A stretch of 32,308 nucleotides of DNA, taken from contig JANOTL010000194.1 of the NCBI GenBank assembly GCA_031416315.1, positions 1-32,308 of the forward strand, written 5' to 3'. This stretch comes from Pseudomonadota bacterium (GTDB lineage: Bacteria; Bdellovibrionota_B; Oligoflexia; Oligoflexales; CAIYRB01). The notes below the pieces were generated by a model, which saw nothing but the letters and a program-made list of their open reading frames with translations, made no database searches and was not told the origin of the DNA. A program made the position numbers and the translations under genes. Positions 25,168-32,308 of this stretch are shown one piece after another. Within the stretch, counting starts at the first letter, position 1. Every line of letters begins with the position of its first letter.

Positions 25168-25220
25168 GGCTTGGTCCTTTCGCAAGGAGTGACGAAGAGT
25201 TGTGAAGAACAGGGGGTTTA

Positions 25221-25264
25221 TCGGCGTTTGCGCGAGGAGCTTGAATCCCTCGCGCCGCCGCCGA
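25221..25264. terminator. GC-rich stem-loop between the two protease genes (terminator or mRNA-stabilising hairpin)
   Basis: GCGCGAGG-N10-CCTCGCGC with outer TCGGCG/CGCCGA; no clear U-tract on the minus strand. Confidence 0.35.
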
Positions 25265-25280
25265 CTTAGCGCCCTACGAC

Positions 25281-26648
25281 TCAGTCGTAAGGGCGGCAGG
25301 AGACGAGGCAGGCGTAGCCGTAGCGTTGGGTGCAATAGCTCAATGCTTGGTAGCGCGCGAAGTCGACGCTCGGGTGGAGCCACCAATAATAGTAGTTATC
25401 TCGGAGGTCTCCCTCCAAGCCGGCGGCGCAGTACCAGTTGCGCACCGAATCATCCGGGCCCCTGCCGGTCGTCGGGCCGTCCGGTCCGTCGGCGCCCGAG
25501 ACGACGAGCTCGCAGCGATTCTGCACGAAGCCGTCGTTGTGCCAGGTGAAGCGCAGGAAGCGGAAGCCGCCGCGCGCGAAAGCCGCGCCGAGGCCGTCGA
25601 ACATGCGCGCGTCCTCCCACTCGTTCGCCTCGGGCTCAGTCACGGCCGCGACCGTGACGTTGCGTACGTTGGCGCAAGCAGCCGGGCGAAACTCGAGCTT
25701 CAAGCGGTTGAAGGCCACGTCCTCCGCGAACGCGTAGTCGAAGGCGTTGGCCCCGTGCGGCATCGATCCCGAGAACGTCTCGACCTCCGTCCAAGCATAG
25801 TCCTCGAGCCGGCCGGGCTCCGGGCGCGTGCCGCGCGGATTTTCCAGGAGCGTGACGCCTTCGATCTCCGGCGCCGGCTGGCCGGCGCCGACGCTGTCGA
25901 TCAAGGCGCGAAGCGGCGCGGCGAAAGTCGACGCCGCGATCCCGACGTTCGCGTAGTCGTCCGAGTACTCGCCGCGCTCGACCGACTCGGGAGCGCCTTG
26001 CCGAAACTCGCTCACCGACAGCCCGACGATGGCGGTGATCTCGCCGATCTTAACGAGGAGCGGCGCCCCGGAGATGCCGCTCTTCGAGTCGCAATCATGA
26101 AAAAAGCGCTGGCCTTCGCGGTCGACCGTGCGCACGAGGCAGTCGCGATGCAGGCTCAAAACCGTGCCGCCGCGGCGATCGGCGGAGTATCCCGCCAAGG
26201 AGACCGTGTACGGCAAGGTCGTGGCGCCCGTGAGGGCCTCCGAGTCCACGACGAGGCCGGTACCGAGCCCGTCCGGCGCGTCGTCGAGCTGGAGGATCGC
26301 CCAGTCGCGCGTGCGCTGGTCGTTCGGCGTCTTCGTGCCGAGCCAGGCGCGCTCGACGTTGACGGAGGTCGACGCCTGGCCCGCGCGAAAGCCGCCGCGC
26401 GCCACGAACGCAGGAGGCCGCGCCGCGCCCGCCTCGTCGAAAAGGCAATGGGCCGCCGTTAGGGCCAGACGCGGCGCGACGAGCACCGCCGAGCAGCCGC
26501 CGTCGAGGCGCAGGATTGCCGTGAAGGCGCCGGTCGCCGGATCGAGATCGACGCGGTCGTCGCGTCCGAACGTGTTTTTCGCCTTCGCCAATGCCTGCGG
26601 CGCCAGCACGGCGGCGGCGAGAATGAGCCCTAGGGGAACGCTACGCAT
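25281..26648 (-). CDS. Secreted trypsin-like (S1, V8/glutamyl-endopeptidase-like) serine protease with C-terminal accessory domains
   Basis: GGAGGT SD; signal peptide; TFGRDDR mature N-terminus; LTAAHC, DWAIL and CDSKSGISGAP triad motifs; small C-terminal domain with four Cys. Confidence 0.9.
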   Translation of the reverse strand: MRSVPLGLILAAAVLAPQALAKAKNTFGRDDRVDLDPATGAFTAILRLDGGCSAVLVAPRLALTAAHCLFDEAGAARPPAFVARGGFRAGQASTSVNVERAWLGTKTPNDQRTRDWAILQLDDAPDGLGTGLVVDSEALTGATTLPYTVSLAGYSADRRGGTVLSLHRDCLVRTVDREGQRFFHDCDSKSGISGAPLLVKIGEITAIVGLSVSEFRQGAPESVERGEYSDDYANVGIAASTFAAPLRALIDSVGAGQPAPEIEGVTLLENPRGTRPEPGRLEDYAWTEVETFSGSMPHGANAFDYAFAEDVAFNRLKLEFRPAACANVRNVTVAAVTEPEANEWEDARMFDGLGAAFARGGFRFLRFTWHNDGFVQNRCELVVSGADGPDGPTTGRGPDDSVRNWYCAAGLEGDLRDNYYYWWLHPSVDFARYQALSYCTQRYGYACLVSCRPYD

Positions 26649-26735
26649 CGCGAAGACCTCCGAAATGAGGGAAAGCTCCTCATGACGGATAGCGCCGCGT
26701 GGCGCGCCGCGCAACTGTAGGAAACCCGCGACATC

Positions 26736-26764
26736 TTGACCGGAACACACGGCGCGCATAGCGT
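26736..26764 (+). promoter_or_regulatory. Sigma70-like promoter TTGACC-N17-TAGCGT for the Tyr-rich gene
   Basis: -35 at 26736-26741 and -10 at 26759-26764, about 45 nt upstream of ATG 26811. Confidence 0.45.
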
Positions 26765-26810
26765 TCAATCGCGGCTTTTCTGGCTTCGACGACCTGCAAA
26801 GGAGACGAAC

Positions 26811-27317
26811 ATGAAGCGCATCCTGGGAAAATTCTTACTGTGTGCGGCGTTCGCGATCGCATCCGGCGCCACCTTCGCGGAAGGCCGCGACAACGACTCG
26901 CCGAGCGATCTCCCTGACGGCTTCCCCGGGCTCATGCGGCAGACGGACGGCGTGATGGTGCGTGTGCCGATCGACGCCTCGGGCCGTGAGGACACGAACC
27001 GCGCCGAGCTGCGCTTTCACCCGAAGGATCGCGCCACGCCGGGCGACGTGAAGTCGCGCGATCCGGTCGCGCTGTGGAGCGCTGCGGTCGACCCGGGAGC
27101 TTCGGACGAAGTGCTTGGCACCAACGCCCCGGCCGGGCCGGACGGCGACTCGCCGACGTGGGGTTGGTACTACTGGTACAACGTCGGGTGGGCTTATCCG
27201 TACTACTATTCGTATTATTACCCGACGTTCTACTACAACAATTACTACTACTATTCGTACTACACGTCCTGGAACTACTATGGTTACCGGTACTACTGGT
27301 ACAACTACTACTGGTAA
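26811..27317 (+). CDS. Secreted protein with an extremely Tyr/Trp-rich C-terminal 52 residues
   Basis: AAGGAG SD; Sec signal MKRILGKFLLCAAFAIASGATFA; acidic middle region; tail WGWYYWYNVGWAYPYYYSYYYPTFYYNNYYYYSYYTSWNYYGYRYYWYNYYW. Confidence 0.88.
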   Translation: MKRILGKFLLCAAFAIASGATFAEGRDNDSPSDLPDGFPGLMRQTDGVMVRVPIDASGREDTNRAELRFHPKDRATPGDVKSRDPVALWSAAVDPGASDEVLGTNAPAGPDGDSPTWGWYYWYNVGWAYPYYYSYYYPTFYYNNYYYYSYYTSWNYYGYRYYWYNYYW

Positions 27318-28946
27318 TCAGTGTCCGCTCAGCCTGTCCGCTTTGCGCACTAAGCTCAAGAATCCAGAGCGCAGCTCGCGCGCATCCTCGCCGAGGCCGC
27401 TTTTCGCCAACGCGAGGATGTCGTCCCAAGCGAAGGCACGCGCGCTCGGCGAGCCGCGTAGCTTCATGCCGAAGCCCGCGACCGCGACGGCGAAGCGAAA
27501 ATCCGGGTCGGCCTGGTCGAGGGCCGTCGCGTCGCCCGCGACGTGCTCGATCAGGAGCTGGCTCTTCGTGCCTTCCGGCGTTTTGTAGCGGACCTTCACC
27601 GTCAGCAGCTCGTCCGTGGCGGCTTTCGCTGCCGGCTGGGCCTTTTGATAGCGCAGCGGATCGACGCTGGCTTTGCCCTTCGCGCCTTTCGGCACGACCT
27701 CGTAGAGAGCCGTCACCGAGTGTCCAGCGCCGATCTCGCCGGCGTCTTTCTGGTCGTCGTTGAAGTCCTCGTTCGCCAGCGCGCGGTTCTCGTAGCCGAT
27801 CAAGCGGTATGACTCGACTTGCGCCGGATTGAACTCAACCTGGATCTTGACGTCCTTCGCGATGGTCACGAGGGTGCCCGAGAGCTGGTCGACGAGCACT
27901 TTCTTCGCCTCGCCATCGCCATCGACGTAGGCGTAGTTGCCGTTCCCGCGGTCGGCGATCTGCTCCATCATCGAATCATTGTAGTTGCCATTGCCGAAGC
28001 CGAGCACGCTGAGAAAGATGCCGTCCTGCGCCTTTTTCTCGACCAATTTGACGAGCGCGCTCTCCGAGGTGACGCCGACGTTGAAATCGCCGTCGGTGGC
28101 GAGGATGACCCGGTTCACGCCGTCTTTGGTGAAGTTTTCCTTCGCCAGCTTGTAAGCCAGCTCGATCCCGGCGCCGCCGTTGGTCGAGCCGCCCGCATTC
28201 AGCCGGTCCAGCGCGGCGACGATCTTCTCCTGATCCGAGGTCGGCTCGAGCACCACGCCGGAGGCCCCGGCATAGACGACGATGCCGACGGTGTCGTGGG
28301 CGCGGAGTTTCGGCACGAGGAGCGCCAGGCTGCGTTTCAAGAGCGGGAGCCGATCGGCCGGCTCCATACTGCCTGAGACGTCGATCAGGAAGATCAGGTT
28401 CGCCTGCGGCGCTTCCTTGATCGGGATCTCCTTGCCTTTGATGGCGATCCGCACGATGCGGTGCTCCGGCTGCCACGGCGCCGCGGCGACGGCCGTATGG
28501 ATCGCGAACGGCGCCGCATCTTTCGGCCCGGAGTAAGCGTAGTCGAAGTAGTTCAGCATCTCCTCGATGCGCACCGCGCCCTCAGGCGGCATCTCTCCTA
28601 GCTCCAGGAATCGCCGCACGAGCGAGTACGCGGCCGTGTCGACGTCGATCGAGAAAGTCGAGAGTGGCGACGCCTTCGCGTCCTTGAAGCGCGCCTCTTC
28701 GATCGAGCGGTAGCGCTCGGTGTTCCATTCGACCGGCTTCTGCCCCATCGGCGGCGGCATCTTCGTGGGCGGCGGCGCTGAGGACGAAGAGGGCGCCGGC
28801 GGCTCCATCGCGATGTCGGCCTCGGCCGCGTCGTCCATCCTAGTGACGGCGGGAGAAGTCGTCATGGGCTCACGAGGACGATGCCCCGCATAGTCAGCGG
28901 TGCAGGACACCACGGCGAGGAGGAGGGAGAGCTTGACGAGACGCAT
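27318..28946 (-). CDS. VWA-domain lipoprotein, YfbK-like (vWF_A N-domain, VWA, DUF3520-like C-domain)
   Basis: AAAGGAG SD; lipobox VVSC; PLSTFSIDVDTAAYS, VRIEEMLNYFDY, MIDAS DVSGSM, GGSTNG, LATDGDFNVG, YRLIGYENR...DAGEIGAGH. Confidence 0.93.
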   Translation of the reverse strand: MRLVKLSLLLAVVSCTADYAGHRPREPMTTSPAVTRMDDAAEADIAMEPPAPSSSSAPPPTKMPPPMGQKPVEWNTERYRSIEEARFKDAKASPLSTFSIDVDTAAYSLVRRFLELGEMPPEGAVRIEEMLNYFDYAYSGPKDAAPFAIHTAVAAAPWQPEHRIVRIAIKGKEIPIKEAPQANLIFLIDVSGSMEPADRLPLLKRSLALLVPKLRAHDTVGIVVYAGASGVVLEPTSDQEKIVAALDRLNAGGSTNGGAGIELAYKLAKENFTKDGVNRVILATDGDFNVGVTSESALVKLVEKKAQDGIFLSVLGFGNGNYNDSMMEQIADRGNGNYAYVDGDGEAKKVLVDQLSGTLVTIAKDVKIQVEFNPAQVESYRLIGYENRALANEDFNDDQKDAGEIGAGHSVTALYEVVPKGAKGKASVDPLRYQKAQPAAKAATDELLTVKVRYKTPEGTKSQLLIEHVAGDATALDQADPDFRFAVAVAGFGMKLRGSPSARAFAWDDILALAKSGLGEDARELRSGFLSLVRKADRLSGH

Positions 28947-29187
28947 GTCGGTGCTCCTTTCAGCTTGAGTCGACGGACCCATCTTCGGGAATTCCAGGCG
29001 GCGCTTCGACATGATTGTCCTCACGAAAGCGGGGCGAAGTTGAGGCTTACTCAGGCCTGCCCGTATTCCTGCACGCAGACCGCGAAATTGATCGCCCGCG
29101 CGCCGGAGGAGGCCCCCTGGCTCGCGCGCTTGTTTTGAATCGGGGCGCGTAGTAGCTTGACCCATCACCTTGCGCCGAGGTTTCGCC

Positions 29188-29610
29188 ATGCGTCGTCGAC
29201 TCGCCCCCTTCATCGTCGGATTTTTGTTTAGCATCGGCGCCTGTACCGACGACGGCCCGCGGGCGCAGGAGCCGGTCGGTAAGAAGGGCCCGAAGTCGGA
29301 TGACGACGCGGGCGCGTACGACATGGATGATGCGGGGGCGGACAGCGAAGGCGACGGCGCGGCGCCGTCGGAGTCGCCGCCCCCGCCCCCGTCTCCACCC
29401 GCGCCGGACACGACCTCGGACGATGCGTTTTCGGCGCCGATGGACGAAGCCCCGGCGAATGCGGCGCCGGCGCCGACGAAGCCTGCGGGCGGGATCATCA
29501 GCAGTGGAGTGAAGCCGTCGCCGGCGGACGAGTGTAAGAAGTTGGCGACGGTGAGAGAGCAGAAGGCGTGTCTGGAGAAAGTGCGGAAGGGGCGGGGGAA
29601 GGGGAAATAG
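29188..29610 (+). CDS. Small acidic/Pro-rich lipoprotein with a basic two-Cys C-terminus
   Basis: GAGGT SD; MRRRLAPFIVGFLFSIGAC lipobox; DECKKLATVREQKACLEK tail. Confidence 0.7.
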   Translation: MRRRLAPFIVGFLFSIGACTDDGPRAQEPVGKKGPKSDDDAGAYDMDDAGADSEGDGAAPSESPPPPPSPPAPDTTSDDAFSAPMDEAPANAAPAPTKPAGGIISSGVKPSPADECKKLATVREQKACLEKVRKGRGKGK

Positions 29611-29658
29611 ACGGTCGCCGTCCCCATTCACGTGCACGACCAATCCCCGCCAGGACCC

Positions 29659-30492
29659 TTACTCCGCCTCCTCAGGCCCGAACACCGCATAGAAATCCAG
29701 CGCCAGCACATAAATTCCCTCTGGCGCTGACCCGACGGCCATCTCCCTCGCCGCCGCAATATGCTCGATCACGGCCTGGCGCAACTTCTGCGCCGCCTCC
29801 CGCGAGATCGTCATCGCCGACGTATAGTGCACTCCGGTCGGATCCTGATAGGTCGCGACATCGGCCGCGATCTTGAGGCGCCAGTTCCCGTGGCACGTCT
29901 TGAACGTCGGCGACGTCTTGTCCAAATGGATGCGCTTCGGCCGCGTCGTGAACGCGCCGCCCGGCGCCTCCGCCAGGATCCCCATCGCGACCAGAGTCCG
30001 TAGCGCGCTCTCGACGCGCGCCTCCGGCAGGCCGAGCGCGGCGGTGATTTCGGCCAGGGAATTCCTTCCGGGCAACATCGTGCATAGATGCACGAGCTGC
30101 AGCATCCAGCTCTCGAAATAGCGCCGCTCATCCGCCGCCGATAAGCGCTCTTCGTCTTTCAACCGATTCTGGAGGGTGAGCCACGCCGTGCGCTGCTTCT
30201 CCAGGCGCGACCCGAAGAGCTCGCGCGTCGGGCCGTCGCCGGCGCGGTCCCGGGCGAGCAAGTCGACGAAGTGGTGCGTCGCGTCCGGGTCCATGCCGTA
30301 GAAGTCGGCGAAGCGCACGGCCTGCTCGCTCGAGAAATCGGCCTTGTCCGCGACGACGTGCGAGATGAAGGTCGCGTGGCAACGCAGGTGATCGGCCAGC
30401 GCCTTCTTCGTCGAGCGCGGGCGCGCCGGCGTCCCCTGCTCGAGGCAGTGGCGCACCCAGGCGCGGTACTCGCTCGCTTCGTAGACCTGCAT
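29659..30492 (-). CDS. TIGR02147/DUF4423-like putative DNA-binding protein
   Basis: EYRAWVR...STKKALADHLRCHATFISHVVADKADFSSEQA (HTH-like); YFESW; CHGNWR; C-terminal HYTSAMTIS...IYVLALDFY; 277 aa is typical of the family. Confidence 0.8.
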   Translation of the reverse strand: MQVYEASEYRAWVRHCLEQGTPARPRSTKKALADHLRCHATFISHVVADKADFSSEQAVRFADFYGMDPDATHHFVDLLARDRAGDGPTRELFGSRLEKQRTAWLTLQNRLKDEERLSAADERRYFESWMLQLVHLCTMLPGRNSLAEITAALGLPEARVESALRTLVAMGILAEAPGGAFTTRPKRIHLDKTSPTFKTCHGNWRLKIAADVATYQDPTGVHYTSAMTISREAAQKLRQAVIEHIAAAREMAVGSAPEGIYVLALDFYAVFGPEEAE

Positions 30493-30498
30493 CCCTCG

Positions 30499-30507
30499 AT
30501 TCTAACA
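30499..30507 (-). promoter_or_regulatory. Extended -10 promoter TGT-TAGAAT, predicted +1 at ATG 30492 (leaderless)
   Basis: The minus strand reads TGT TAGAAT CGAGGG ATG. Confidence 0.55.
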
Positions 30508-30619
30508 GATCTTTTGACGTCCTTGAGGAAAATTCACGCTTTCTTGAAAACCGAGAGAAAACCCATGTCGGGCTCGCGTCTTGCGCCGCCGAAGAGGGTG
30601 AAAACGAGCGGAGGCAGCG

Positions 30620-31339
30620 ATGCAGACGACCCTGATCAAATGGTTTCTCGGAGCCGCACTCGGACTGAGCCTCACCGCTTGCGCCACGGACGGCGACGCT
30701 CCCGGCGCAGAGGGTGAGGACGAGCTGATCGGCGAGGAGGAAGAGAAGGAGGAGGAAGAGACCCCCAGCGGCGTCGCCATGACCGAAGACTGCGAAGAGG
30801 ACGACGAGACGACGTGCGAGGAGGAGGAAGAGGAGCCGATCGTCGACGTCCCTGAGGAAGCTCCGGAGGAGCCGCTTGCCGGCATCCTCGACGATCCCGA
30901 GGCGCCCGAGATCCCGCTGATCACCGACGTCCCTGGGGAGACGCCGCCGCCCATCGCGGCCTTTGAGCCCGAGCCGACGCCGCAAACGACGCCGCAGCAA
31001 CAGGCCGGCGGCTGGACACCGAAGAACGACGGCGGGCGTCCCGAGCGCGTCACTCAGGCTGATTTGCGCATAGAGTGCCACAAAATCGGCGAGGGCCTCG
31101 AGGCGGGCTTCTATCGCTACGGTTGCAAGGCCTACAAGCGTGCCGACGGTCAGCACTACGGCATCGTCAAAGGCTGGTGGCAGGTGCGCAAGCGCGACGG
31201 CAGTCGCGCCCGTTCCCGAGATCTCAATTTCCGCGAGGCCGGCTACGACATGGCCTTCGACGTCTGGGCTCCTGACGCCGCGGCCGGCATCATGGTGCGG
31301 CCGGGGCGCGGAGAGGAAAAGCCGATCGCCCGTCACTGA
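30620..31339 (+). CDS. Lipoprotein with a highly acidic N-terminal half and a basic, two-Cys C-terminal domain
   Basis: GGAGG SD; lipobox SLTAC; poly-Glu tracts; C-terminal IECHK...YGCKAY...GWWQV domain. Confidence 0.82.
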   Translation: MQTTLIKWFLGAALGLSLTACATDGDAPGAEGEDELIGEEEEKEEEETPSGVAMTEDCEEDDETTCEEEEEEPIVDVPEEAPEEPLAGILDDPEAPEIPLITDVPGETPPPIAAFEPEPTPQTTPQQQAGGWTPKNDGGRPERVTQADLRIECHKIGEGLEAGFYRYGCKAYKRADGQHYGIVKGWWQVRKRDGSRARSRDLNFREAGYDMAFDVWAPDAAAGIMVRPGRGEEKPIARH

Positions 31340-31444
31340 AATCCGTGCGATCTCTGCGCATCTTAGTTTCGAAACAGTGCGAAACGGATACCGCCAGGGC
31401 GCCGCTCTCATAGTTAAGCGTCGAAGACGACTCCTCTTTGTGTG

Positions 31445-31460
31445 TGGCATGGCGCCTGCT
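31445..31460 (+). promoter_or_regulatory. Sigma54-like -24/-12 promoter TGGCAT-GGCGC-CTGCT
   Basis: Exact GG-N10-GC spacing with two mismatches to TGGCAC-N5-TTGCW; 47 nt upstream of ATG 31508. Confidence 0.55.
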
Positions 31461-31507
31461 TTGCAGGGGCAGACACAACGCCATCAGGCACACGAGGGGA
31501 TAGACGC

Positions 31508-32308
<801 letters not shown>

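Noticed and set aside
26742..26765. ECF-type GGAAC...CGTT promoter upstream of the Tyr-rich gene
   Set aside because: The spacer is 15 nt, shorter than the usual 16-17; the overlapping sigma70-like match fits better.
28947..29627. 227-codon N-terminal extension of the VWA ORF
   Set aside because: It overlaps the opposite-strand lipoprotein gene; the SD and lipoprotein signal identify ATG 28946 as the start.

Overview
GC-rich bacterial chromosomal window with no rRNA, tRNA, CRISPR array or transposase visible. The gene content (TIGR02147/DUF4423-like regulator, DUF4360 protein, STAS-Zn-ribbon proteins, many lipoproteins) suggests Bdellovibrionota/Oligoflexia or a related former deltaproteobacterium (inference). 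Left to right: (1) a giant lipoprotein on the minus strand (7230 to <1, at least 2410 codons) that is missing from the ORF track because it runs off the window and carries at least 16 Cys-paired 111-aa repeats. (2) A signalling island (7707-15235) with a double pseudo-receiver/TPR protein, a receiver-CheX fusion with a dead-looking CheX motif, two STAS-Zn-ribbon proteins, an RsbW-like HATPase and a divergent Cache/HAMP/SpoIIE phosphatase; no sigma factor or histidine kinase is present. (3) An envelope cluster (15477-23853): an inverted OmpA-domain/barrel protein, an SBBP-repeat lipoprotein, a TM-FecR-7xFN3-barrel protein, another barrel and a P-domain lipoprotein. (4) A clostripain-like and a trypsin-like protease divergent from a small secreted protein whose last 52 residues contain 26 Tyr and 7 Trp. 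(5) A VWA (YfbK-like) lipoprotein, two acidic lipoproteins, a TIGR02147-like gene and a DUF4360 protein with 35 consecutive prolines running off the right end. Non-coding signals include a 124-bp imperfect palindrome, a bidirectional -10 palindrome, apparent leaderless promoters and a sigma54-like promoter. All family assignments come from motif recognition by eye; no searches were run.
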